From positions 10,707 through 74,706 of the IMG/VR virus record IMGVR_UViG_3300033463_000089: DNA of 64,000 nucleotides. One strand, written 5' to 3'. Positions 10,190-22,700 of this stretch are shown here, in pieces. The translations under genes and the position numbers were made by a program. How positions within the stretch are numbered: the first letter of the stretch is position 1; every line of letters begins with the position of its first letter. The notes beneath the pieces are model-generated. The model had not been told where the DNA came from and searched no databases. It worked only from the letters and a program-made list of their open reading frames with translations. This DNA comes from a virus.

Positions 10190-10231
10190 TTGTAGCAATC
10201 CTACAAAATCAGCAACTAAAACGAGAAGAAA

Positions 10232-10714
10232 ATGAATCAAGAAGAAATGAAGCAGGAGTTTCATGCCCTCTTTAACTTAATGGCGAACTCCAACAAAGTA
10301 GAGTTTATGCACGCCTTCGGACAAGTGCATAAGGAAATGATGGACTGGTTCATAGCCAACAAGCCGGAACTGGCACAGGAATGGCTGGAGAAACTGGAGT
10401 CTATCAAGTGGAAGAACTACCTCACTCCCAAGGAGGCACAGCGCATCGTTGACAAGATGGAGCCGAAAGCACCTTGGACGAAAGAGCAATGGGCCAACGC
10501 CATGCAGCAGAAAGGCTTTGAACTGGAGAAAGAGCCTTGCTACAACCGCTGTGCCCTGTGGGTGACAATGAACATGATAATGAGCGATTCTTCGGAAACT
10601 CTCAGCAAGTACGTCGAGGAAGGCTATATCTTCAAACTCGTCTACGACCTGGCCGTGGATAAGCTGACCGACGCTGATTCACGCTTCAACGTCCGCGCCT
10701 ATTTTGGTATCTGA
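10232..10714 (+). CDS. Hypothetical protein (160 aa)
   Basis: Clean ORF. Last + strand gene before the convergent terminator. Confidence 0.5.
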   Translation: MNQEEMKQEFHALFNLMANSNKVEFMHAFGQVHKEMMDWFIANKPELAQEWLEKLESIKWKNYLTPKEAQRIVDKMEPKAPWTKEQWANAMQQKGFELEKEPCYNRCALWVTMNMIMSDSSETLSKYVEEGYIFKLVYDLAVDKLTDADSRFNVRAYFGI

Positions 10715-10737
10715 CACCTGCCGTGTTGGTACAACAA

Positions 10738-10764
10738 GGGCTGACATCTTCGTGGTGCCAGCCC
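10738..10764. terminator. Hairpin between convergent genes (possible bidirectional terminator)
   Basis: GGGCTG (10738-10743) pairs with CAGCCC (10759-10764) around a 15-nt loop. Lies between the stop at 10714 (+) and the stop at 10792 (-). Confidence 0.5.
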
Positions 10765-10791
10765 CTATTATATTATAATGTACGCGCGAGG

Positions 10792-13700
10792 CTACTGAAT
10801 CTTATCGAGTCCTCTTACGGTGTTCTCCATAATCTGGTCCATACGCATCTGAGCGGCTTCTTTCTGGGATTCGGTCTTCTTTGGATCGTCACAAATCTTC
10901 TTTTGCTTATTGTAAGCCTTCAAAGAGTCGCTCATTATTTCCATTTTGGTAGCCTTAATACTGTCCGCAATAGAAATCTCCTTCATTTTTGCAATCGGGT
11001 CTTTGGCACCAAATTCCTTCAACGAGTTCATCTGTGTCTTGAAGTCTTGCAACTGGTCTTTGTAGTAATACCACTTGTTCCTTGTTCTCGCCTGCTTATT
11101 CTGTTCTGTAGGAGAGTAATGAAACTTTCTTAGGATGGGAGTCTTGTCGCTTGATACGACATCTCTTAAAGTCGAGTTATCTTCTTTTATCATTCTATAG
11201 ACGTGGGCGAGGTTTCCGGCAGTCTTACCAAGTCCTGCAAAGTAACTTTCCACAATGTGCTGAGCAATTGACGGGTCCGTCAGCCATCCATCCAAGCCTT
11301 TCTGGTTGTAATCGGCCTCAGAAATCATTTCCTCGTCAACTCCAAGCTTCTTCAACTTTTCCTCTGAGTAATCGTTGGTTGCTGCATTCCACTTCTTTGC
11401 AAGGCTCATATAAGCCTTGTTTACACTTCTATAAGCGCGTGTATGTCTTGGCTTTGAATCATTACCATAGTTTTCTTTCTCTATCGGTCTGCCATAATAA
11501 TTCTCGTTAAAACCTATCTCCAGAATTGGCCTTGCTGCACTTGGAGTAAAGTTGACAAGCGGGTTTCCTGGATGCTCACCCATGAAGTCAATAGGCAGTA
11601 TCTGCGTCAACTGCGTAGTCACATCCTTCCAAACAGGCTTCTCTGATTTTAGGTCTGGATATTCGGTGTATCCTGCTGCCATATCTCCAATACCATACAT
11701 TGCTCTCAGTTCGATTGGAAGAGCGCAATACAAGAATTGTCCCTTGCCTATATACAGGCAGAGATTATTTCTTCTGATATATTCAGGAAGTTCGGCATAA
11801 GGATTCTTGATACCACCACGCTTGTCTTCGTCCTCCGAATCAATAAGACCTTGATTAATCCAACTCATAATGAAGGCACCAAGAGCAAAGCCGGTGAATA
11901 CCGTGCTTGCCTTGATGGTGTGGTCTCTAAATAGCTTTGCGGCATTGTTCAATCCTTGCACTCCTGCATTATAGAACATGATGTAGTCTTGACCATACTG
12001 TGCGGTTCTTGCAGCTACAAGAGCATTCATCCTCTGCAGGACGCTTCCATCTTTATTTACATCGCGTGTCTTGTATCCGGCACCCTTGCGGTTGAAGTTT
12101 ACGCTTACCTCCTTGGCATCACTGACGGAGCGTGTTATAGAGCGTCCCATCTGTCTTGATGTCATATAGGTGGCGAATCGTGCCATATTCTCGGCTCGCT
12201 CATTCATTACCTCAATGGCGTGTGGCAATAGGTCGAATATATCCTTGCCGCCTCTAACCAGCTTTCTGCCGACATCCGAAGCGGTAAGTTTGCCACTCTT
12301 CAAACTTTGCCAATCTTCCTTGGTTACGCGGTTTCTGATTGTATTCACGTTCTCCTTTACCAGCTTCTTCCACTTGTCGATGTTCTTACTTTCTACCCAA
12401 CCAGTCTCACCGCCATTCTTCATAAATTCACTGAAATAGCGGTCAGTTGGGTTGGACATATTTAATTCGCCTTTCTTGTAACGATTAAATAGATTGGTTT
12501 TCATTAACGGAACCCCTGCGGCTACTCGACCGAAACCTCTACCAAAATAGTTAACCACCCATTGTGCAAAGTATTTTGAACTTTCTTTTATACCAATAGC
12601 AGATGCAGAGAATATCGCATCGCGCTCAGCGTTACTAATTATAAAGTCTGGGTTATATGAAGTGGCTAACTTTGCAATGACATTCTTTATACTCGACATA
12701 TACGCAAAGTTACCTCTGCGCTCTGCCTTCAACTGTCCGTTGATGGCTTGTGCTGCTCTCGGACTACCATTGATGATGAACGAATGCTTTTCACCGTTTA
12801 TCCACACATCAACGATATGCTGTGCTTTATGCTCTCTGTCCGCAGGACGGAAAGGAATGTTGCTATTCTGACGAACACGCTTTGCATCGCCAGCGGCCTG
12901 CTTGGTTTTCATGTCCTGATTATACTGCTCAATTATCTGTGCAATATCATCGGCCTTGGCTCCCTCGGGAATATCGGGGAACTTTTCTACCCATATTTCG
13001 TTGCCTGCTGGATTGTACTGCTTCTCTGCCCACAGATAAGACAACTCGGTTACAAGTCTGTTGTCTGCCTCCACTTCGTTATAGTGGTTACGGACAAATC
13101 TTGCAAACGCCTGCTTCATCTGATTTCTCAAAGCGCGATTGATGGCATTACTACTCATGGCACCCAAGGCTGCAAATACGTCTATATCTGCAAGGCTCTC
13201 GCGTCCCTTGGCATTCATCAGAACGGGGCCTGCCCACTTGCGGTCGCTTCCGTGTTCTTCCAAATAGTCGTAGACCTCTTCGGCGGTCTTTTCGTTATAA
13301 CCCCTCAGAGGAACATACCACTCGAACATCTGACTTACCTTGTCGTGCTTCTCCTTGGAATCAATACCGCCCTCATATTCAGTGTCAAGCCCGAACTGAG
13401 AAACGGCCTTTGTCTTATCCCAAAGATTCTTGACACGCGCATCGCCAAGCATAGATTCTATGCTCATCACTTCGTCTATAGCATCTGAGTCTACTGTCTG
13501 GTCCCAAACGCCGTATAAGTCTGTAAGACCAGAGTAATCTTTATCTCCAACCTTATACTCCGGCAAGTTGTGCTTTATCCAGTTGTCGACCTCTTCAAAG
13601 TACTCACGGAGGTCTATATCTCCCCTTCGCAATTCGTCTCTGAGGTCATTCATGGTAACGAGATAGTCCTGCTCTAATTGGTCGGCCTTTGTTTTGTCTG

Positions 13701-16700
13701 TATTCCTAATGTCGCGCAGGGAGTCTCTGACGAACAACACGCGGTTGCGCTCCAAACCATGTTTCTTAATCATGTAGAGCTGCAGGTTTTTCAACTGCTC
13801 ATCAACGCCCTTACCCATATCAGGAAGGATGGCGGCTACGGCCTTATCCAAAGGCTCCATATAGTCACGGTTGAAGAGGAAGTCAAGCTGCTCTTCCTTG
13901 CTCGACATTTGGTTTTCCAACAACACAAAGTTTTCTGCTGACGGAATATCTTCTATCTTCTTTACACCACTGATTGAGCGCATCAACTCTATAGCGCTTT
14001 GCATAGCGTCGATATGCGCCTCTTTCCATACATATCCTATGCGCTTCAATGAACGCTCATAGTTCCTGCGCTGGTTCTTGACGGATGGGGTGTGTCTGAA
14101 CAAAGTCTTTCCGCTACCGGGGAAGTATGGCACATAACTCTCCGTGTTGTCGGCAGCACCTTCACTATCATAGGCAAACTCGCCATTCTTCACCTTGGCT
14201 TCGTATTTCTCCTGTCCGAGTTTGTATAGCAAAGCTTCGCGCTCAATCTGATTCATGACATTGCCCTTTTCAAGATTGTGCTTACTCAGCCACACCATAT
14301 ACTTAACGTCTGATATACTCGGACTCATGGTGAAGCCTACACTTCTCAAAGCATCGGTCATAACGTTCTTCACCTTCTGCCACATCGACAAATCGCCGTA
14401 GCCCTTTTCTGCTGCATCAGCAAGGAACTCGTCAATAGTGCGGTATGTATCGAAACCGTTCTTGGCAAGGTTCTCTTCCATGTACTTGCTTAACTCTTCG
14501 TTCTTCAAGTCAAAGAGCAAAGAGCGCATATAACTCTTATACGCCTTCTCTCCAAGCAATTCACGGAAACCATAATGTCCTATAGTCTCGTGGGCAATAG
14601 TCTTCTCTGCATCGTAGGTATCTTTGACGTGAGGAAGATACAGGTAAATCTTCTTCTTGCCATCCTCACCAATCTCTACCCAACCGGGAACTTCTTTGCC
14701 AGCCGCGATAGCGTCCTTGACATCCTTATTCTTAATCTGGTCGGGAGAGGTAATAGCCTCAAAGTCAACATTCAGCTTCTTGGCAAGCTTTCGTCCTGCC
14801 TCTTCCTTTCGACGGAAATCAGCGTCAATAGTATTCTCGCTGCCACGGCTACGCATACGGGTTTCTGTTTCTTCGACATCTTCGAGCATGAAGCCGTCTT
14901 TTCCGTAAACATCACCCTTGTATTGTTCGTTATACTTGGCGTTGGCGTCAATAACGACAACGGAGCCATCTTTCTGCTCTACAATATTCCCATGATGGGT
15001 ATCTTTGACATAATACTTTTCGTTTCCAAACTCCAACCCGTCGCCGTAAATGTCGGACATACCCCTTTCTTCAAAGTATTGTTCAACCTTCTTGTCGATG
15101 CCATTCTGGAAATACTCTTCCATACTATACTGCTTGCCTTGGATAAAAGGCTGCTCGACAACAACATTAAACCTACCTTCCTTGTCACGGGAGAATCCGA
15201 CAACCTTATAAGCTGATTCAGGGAAAAGCTTATTAAAGACTTCGATATTTCTTAAAGCCTTTAATAAACCGCCATCGTTACGCTGGTATGGGTCGTTGAA
15301 TTTTGTGATAGTCTTTCCGTCGGGCGAGAGATAAACACGGCTCTCACCACCCTTGGTAAGCATCTTTCCGTCGTAGGAAGATTTGGCAAACTCGTCCTCT
15401 TCCTTCCAATAGCCGGATGCCTTAGCCCAGTCTTCTACGGATTTTTCTATCTGCGCTCTTACAGGTTTGTCTGCATCATGCTCCGCGCGAATTGAAGCTG
15501 CTGCTGGAACTCCTCCCTTGTCTGCGGATATGATTTCTGCACCGATATGCGCCGCTGTAAGGCCTGTGCGCCCGCTTTCCGTATCTTCTCGTCCAAGGCG
15601 TGCTCGCCCGGAAACGACTCTTGATGCAAGTTCGTTGACTGTCTCATTGTACTGCTCTCCTTCTTTTTGGGGCAAAGATAAGAATAAATCCTCAGACTTC
15701 TCGTCTTTGCGCTCGTTATTTAACTTTTGTTCGGTTTTCTCTCGCTTGCGGAATCTTGTTGTCGGCTTATCCTCCAACTGCATGGTCTCGGCATTGAACT
15801 CCTTGCCACTCTCGCGGTCAAAATCATACTCTACCTTCTGGTCGGGGTGTTCCTCGTTCCAATCGTCGATAACCTTTCTCGCCTCACGATCGCTCATGAT
15901 ACGATTAGCCTTGAAAGCACCGGCAACATACCAACCGATACGGTCGGCCTGCGAAGCTTCCTTGTTGGCATTGGTTGCCTTCATGTAGAAACCATCCTCG
16001 GGGATATGTGTCGGTATGTCCTTGTCGGGATTCATGTTGGCCTCGTTCTGATAGTTCTTGTCGGCAGGCACTTCGCCCTCAACCCAAACAAATTTGTCAT
16101 CACGAAGGTTTCTGTCCCTACCCTTGCCTATCTGACGCATGGAAGGTAATGAGCCGGCGTGCCAACCTGGGCGCATAGCGAACTCGCCAACTTGACCACT
16201 TCCATTGATACCAATGTTCATATACTTGCGGTTCTCGCCCTCATATCTGCGCTGACCTCTCTCGGTGGCTGATATTCTCACAAAACGCTGCCCGTTGGCG
16301 GCTGCTTCGTTAATCATGTCAACAGACGGGTTCTTTCCAACCTTAACGCCTTTCTCTTTTGCATACTCTTCCAGCGTCTTATAAGTTCCATTGGCATAAT
16401 CGACAATGAAAGTACCCTCCGGCATCTTCTTCAAGATGCTCATGTCGGGACTATCTGCATCGTACCACTTACCCAACTCCGTGGGATTTGCTGAATCAAT
16501 AAACAGAGGATAAAGCTTGCCGTCTTCCCCTAATCTCATCAGCTTATAGACCTTCTGTGTCTTCTTTGGCTCTTCTTTCTCTCTCAGACGGAAACGGGTG
16601 GTAGTTCCCGGCTCCTGCGTCGTACCATTCAGACTGTCAGCAAACTTTCTTGCATCTTCCTCGGTCTTGAAGTGGAAAGCTTTCTTGAATCGGTTATAGT

Positions 16701-19700
16701 AACCGTCATACGCCTTTGCTCTACGCTCTACGGCGCGGTAGTCGTTATCGCTCAATCTTGCGCCATTGTAGCTAACAAGGTGCATATCATCGCCAGTACG
16801 GGTGTTCTTGTCAAGCTTATACTGATAGTCGCTCTTAGGCTGTGCCCCTCTTTGCGCAATATCTCTTATCTGCTCAACGACGGTTGATGTCCGAGCATTT
16901 ACGGGCTCATTCAAATCTAACTTCTCGCCAGTCTGCCAATCAATACCTGCATTTCTGAGGATATTCTTTGAGCGCTCCGACAGTCTGAAATCATTGCTGT
17001 GTGCGGCAACAATATTCATTCTGATACCATCCTCAGTTAGACTTGAATTGTTCGGATTCTCTCTGACTGCTGTTTCGGCAATAGTATTAATGCGCTCTCT
17101 CTTCTCTTGACGAATACGCTCGGTCTCGGCTTCTCGCTCTTGTATCCTGCGCCTGGTCTCCTCGTCACGCTCGCGTACCATCCTATCCATTTGGTCGGCG
17201 GTAACGCCCATCACGTTCTCCAGAGTCTTAATAGCTTGCTGGCAATAATCCTTGATAGCATCAATGGCAGGAATCTTGTCTTTTCCTCTGCCATACGTCT
17301 TATTATTGTATTTTCCGTATTCAAGCTCTTCAGGATTCTCCATCGTCTGTTTGAGGTTCTTATACCAGATAAGAGCGCTCTGCATACTCGGATTGTTGAG
17401 GTCGAGGCGTATTTCTGCCACATCATAGCGAGACCTACTGCGTACAACCAACAAATCGCCATAGATATTGAAATCGCTTGTAAACGGGTTGCTCTCCAGA
17501 GCTTTTTTAGTTTTCAGCGCCTTCTTTGTATTAATAGCCACTTGGTCAATGGTTCGCTCTGGCATACGGACAGTTCTCAACTGCTCGAACATATCCTCCA
17601 CGGTCTTGGCGTTGCTAATATCAAACGTAACCTTTTGCGGAGCTTTCCTCCTCATTTCCTCTCTCGATACTTTATCAATAACAAGTATGCGAGTCCGAAC
17701 GCTTGTTCCTGCTCTTCCAAATGCGACATCAGGAAGTTTTACCTCGCCAATTACTACGGCAGAACCATTTACTCCGTCATAGCCGGTTGAGGCAAGCCAA
17801 GCGTCAACACGTTTTTCTGTTGCTGGGCCGTCTGGGATGATAGCAATCAGTCGGCCACCCTCATTAAGATGCTTAAATGCTTTGCCAACGTGTTCCATGG
17901 CAGTCTTGCCACCAACGCCATACGGCGGGTTCATCAGAATAGCATCGTGCTTATTCTGCAAAGGATAGTCCTCAAATGTCTTTTCTTCAAACTTTCTGCC
18001 GGGGCCGCCAGCTCGCATCTGCAAGCGAGAGAACAAAGCAGCACTTGGCTCTACGGCAGTCAAGGGGTTCGTCTCAGGCACATATCTCGCAATGGCTCCA
18101 TGACCGGCACTCGGCTCCAAAACGCTTTCTTCGTCAAGAAGCTGTGCCCATTCCACCATCTTCCAACCTATAGGCTCAGGTGTCGGGAAGTAGTCAACAC
18201 CCTCGCGGTTATCACGGCCTCTCTTCATCTTCTGATTGCCGTAGTAATCACTAATAGCGACATCGAAGCCGTCTTTCACACCTCGGCTGGCGACCTGTCC
18301 GTCCATATCTTTACCACCAAATCCCTGACGCTCGTAGTCTATCTCGCCACTGTTCTCCAATACGGCATTGGCAATACTCTGGCGCAGGTTTCTTGCCTTG
18401 CTTCCAAGGGCAAGATTCTCGGTGGTTCCTAAAGCACTATTAAACTTCTGTGCAAACAGACTGGTTTCAAGATCAAGGCCAAGGAGAGGATACTCAAAGA
18501 CGGCGTTACTCTTCTGACCTATTCTATATATACGACCTTCTATCTGAATAAATGCAATAGGACTCTGAGGTAAAGCAAGGTTGATTTCCACTCTCTGATG
18601 CTCACCGGTTTGGTCGTGCAAAGAGATACCTTCCTTACCGCTGGCTTCTTGAATGACGATAATATCTTTACCGCCATTATCTTTCATAAAGTCCTCTACG
18701 CTTGTATGCTTAGTCTTTTTGTTTTCAGCACCAGAGAAGAATCCTATGTTCTTCTCACCGAACACCTTTGCTATCTGGTCTCTTGGGAGGGTATAGTCCA
18801 GCGTTTGCTCCCACTGCAACATATCCTTAAAGTCTGTCTCGAAGGCATGAATAGCAGAAAGAAGCTCCGATTTCTTATGCTGGTCTTGCATAGCCTCGGC
18901 CTCTATTCTTGCCATTGTCAATGCTCTTTCAAACGGTGGCTCCAAATCTCCGCTGGTTCTTCTGCGATGGAACACAACCACTTTCTGCCCTCTCTTCAAA
19001 TGCTCTTTGATGCGGTCAATGACAAGCGAGGTTTTCATGGCCTCAAACAGAGCCGTTGAATAGTTGTAATCAAACGCCTTGCGGAATGTCTCTGCAAGAG
19101 GCTGATACTTCTTGTTGCGATACACCTCGCTCATGGCCTGGTTAAATCGGCCTGCATGGTCAAGAGTTAATACGGGGAAGTCTCTTGAATAGTCCCATTC
19201 GGAGTCAATCATGCGACCACTCATGGTCTGTAGATTGTTCTGCAAGTAGTCAGAGAAATCTATCTCCTGCCTACCAAGTGCTTCTTGGTTACTGATGTGA
19301 CTCTCCAAACGTCCGTATCTCCAACGATAACCGCCTGGGAATGTCTGCTCCAAGAAAGCTTCCTCGGGTGAGCGATGATTGTATGTACCGATAGTTTCTT
19401 TGTCTTCCTCGGGATAGCTGAAAATATAACCCTCTGCGTACTTCAAATTTTCGCGGGTATTGAACGGTGTTGCAGAAAGGAACACGGTTTTTGTTACCTT
19501 AGAATCTATCTCTGCCTGTGCTCGTTTACTCTCACGAATAGGCTGCTGCTCAGCAGGAATCTCTGCCAGACGCTGCTGCACCTCCAACTGACGTTTGTTG
19601 AGGCGGTCTTTCAGGGCCTCATCTTCTTTTGAAAGATAATCCTTGTCGTCAAGTTCTTCTATCTTGGCGGCATTTTCCTCAAACTCTTTTCTAAGATTGC

Positions 19701-22700
19701 GCTGCTCTACCCACAACGGCAGGTAGTACGTCTGACGATCAATAGACTTCTCTACATCTTTGTTGGTGAGCATCTGGTGAAACTTGAACATCTCACCTTC
19801 TGCAGCCTCCTTACCTTCCGTAATCTTATGACTCTCGTCATAGATAACAAGGTCAAAGCAATCTTCCAACAAAGCAAGGTTCTGACGAGCGTTCGCATAG
19901 GTTGTAACAACAACACCCTTGCCTTTGGCTTTTGTGGCCGAAGTTCCGGCTGCTTTTGCGGCAGTGTCAAGATCTTCGATGTTTAGGCCAAGATTCAAAC
20001 CATCCTTTTTCCAGTCTGACACCTTCTCCTGACTCGGCGTAAGGATAAGTACTCTACCCTTTCCCTGCTTTACAAAACGCTTGGCAATTCCAAGGCCGGT
20101 ATATGTCTTACCCGTACCCGTGCCATTGGTAAACATATATCCCTTTCCGTTGCCGTGCTCGCGGTCTTGGTGAGTCTCGTCAAAGAACTGCGTCTCAGAC
20201 CTAAGCACGTCTTCGTGCTGCTCTGGCAAAAGATACGGTAATGTCTCGCGGATATTATCAACATCTCCGGTCTTGACTTCGATACTTTCGGCAGCCTTCT
20301 GCTTCTCAAACTTAGTGCCCAAGTCCTCGCGGACAACCTCTCTCAGCTTCTCTTCACCGATAAAAGATGCCCACTCGCGGATGGTGCGTGTAACTCCGTC
20401 TATATTATATTCGCAATTCCATACTTCATTAAGGTATTCATCTATTTCTGCATCGCTCCATTTCATATCCTCCTGGAGCCAGTCGTGGAAGTCTTCAAGC
20501 ATCTGCTTGCGCCAACCATCAAACTCACGAATACCTTTGACAAGATACTGATAACCGAGGTTGGCACTCTCAGTGGTAATATCCATGAGAATACCAATCT
20601 GCTCGTTATTCATGCCGACAAGGGAGATAGTTGATTCTCCGTTGCGGCCTGCTTTCTTGAAACGTTCTCTTAGCTCTGCGAGTCGCTGCTTGCTGGCTGC
20701 GATGGCGGCATCACTTCCTGCTGCAAGCTTTTGAGTATTTCCGTCGCTTCGTCCACTTCCTCTGGACTTACCCAGTTGATTTCCCTCGACACCAGGTCGC
20801 ACGCCTCCTCCGGCCAGTACACCTCCGGAAGAAAGCCCAGCCAATTCGGATGACGATTCAGAAACTCCGCTATCGCCTCCCTCTCCAGATATACCGGGTA
20901 AGCGTCCCTCACTATTCTCCACACGTTGCTGTGTGGGTTGCTCTTGTCTTTCTCCAATGCCTGCACCTTCGGTTTCAACCACGCTGCTATCTGGTCCTCC
21001 AGCTCGTCCAGGTCGTCGCCCTGCAGAATCCTCTCCGCTATCCAACTGTGTTCCACGTTCGGGTAGCTGGCCATTTCCCTCAATTCTTTCTCTGGTAGTT
21101 CTAACATCGTTATAAGTGTTTAAGTATGCTGCTTTTTGTAATACGCCTTGGTTCCCGTTGAGGTAAGCCTTGGCGAGTGTCTTTTGCACATCAGAGACGG
21201 ATGAACCATCTATCTCGTCAATGGTAAGCGGCGTGTCTGCAAACGCATCGGCCTGCTCCTTGTCTGCCATCTGCTGAGGTGTCTCGTTGTGGGTAACGCC
21301 GATGGCCTCGTCCTGCTCCTTTCTGAACTCCGTTGCCGTTTCATCTATCTTTTTCATTGGGTCTACCTCGGCTTTCTCTGAGAACTTTTTCATCGCCTCT
21401 CTTGCAGCCTCGGCATTTTCTTTGGGAATAGTCCAGCCTTTTCCGGACTCCCATTCGCCACCCATTTTTTTGAACTCGTTGTAAAGGTCTGTATAATCGT
21501 CAGAAGTGACCTTACCATCTTGGATAACATTCTCATCCGTGATAGTTATCGAGCCATTCTTGTTCTCTTTTACAGAGAAGATGTTTGGTTTTTCTTCGCC
21601 GGTATCGAAACTCGTCTGCTTACGCTCGTTATCCAAAGCACCGCGAACACGGCTGTCATGCTCTTCTTGCGATTTCAGCCTTTCAAGCCTCTGCTCTGCA
21701 TCTGCTACGGCATCGCGCTCTGCCTTGGTTCGCTTTTCAACTCCCTCTGCAGAAGTGTCGAGACCCATTTCTTCGGAAGAGAAGATTTGGTCTTCACTCT
21801 CAAAGGCCTTGTCGTTGGCAAACATATCGGTGGCCCGCTCACTCTCTTTGTTCTGAGCCTTTGCAAGCGCACTCTTTGCTTGTCTTACCTCTTCCTCGGC
21901 AGCTTTGACTTCCTCGGCAAGCTTCGCTTCAACGTCGGAAACAATCTTTTCTTCCTTCTCGTTGCGTGGCTTTAGGTATTCGTCTCGCTCTGAGGATTCG
22001 GATTCTCGGCTTGATTCAGCACGTCCTTCACCTTGGCCATCATTGCCTCTTTCTGCGCTTTCTTGGCCAGGTTCTTTTCCTTCACCATCTGCGGGAACTC
22101 GCGCATGCTCCATATCTTGCGCTTCGTCCCGTCTTTCTCCGTTACTTCTATCATTGATATAATCCTTTATTGTTTGTACTCTCTTTCTCAGCTCTTCGGG
22201 AGTTAGGTCGCCGGAGTAAACGGTAATCTTGCCGGTTTCTTCATCGAAGAACACTCCCTCTTCAAGAGCATATCGCTTTACAGCTTCTATTTCTTCTTCT
22301 CCGATAAAGGCTCCGTCGTTGGCTTTTTCAGCAAGTTCTCTCCAAGTGTCTGCCGATACTCTGTCTGTATCAACAATCTTAATCTCTGGAGTACCTTCTT
22401 CTTTCATCAAAGCCTCTGCTTCTTTGAGTAGCTTGGTGATGGGCGCGTCGGGAATATCTTCGTCTGTAGACTGAGCAAACGGCATTTCTTCTTCAATCTT
22501 TGCCACCTCTTCTGCTGACAGTTCTATTCTCTCGTTGCGCTCTGCCTCTTCCTTTAGTCTGGCTTGCTCGGCTTCCCATGCCTTCTGTGCTTTTTCGACG
22601 CGGTTGCGAAGAACATATTCGGTAATATCTTTTCCGCTTTCTGCTGACAAGAAGAGGTCGATGATTGCGTCGCCGATTTGCCGCTCGTCGAATCGCTTTC

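Noticed and set aside
14575-14592. HETIGH as a zincin HExxH metalloprotease active site
   Set aside because: The spacing is HExxxH (one residue too many) and no downstream third ligand motif is evident. It is kept only as a landmark.
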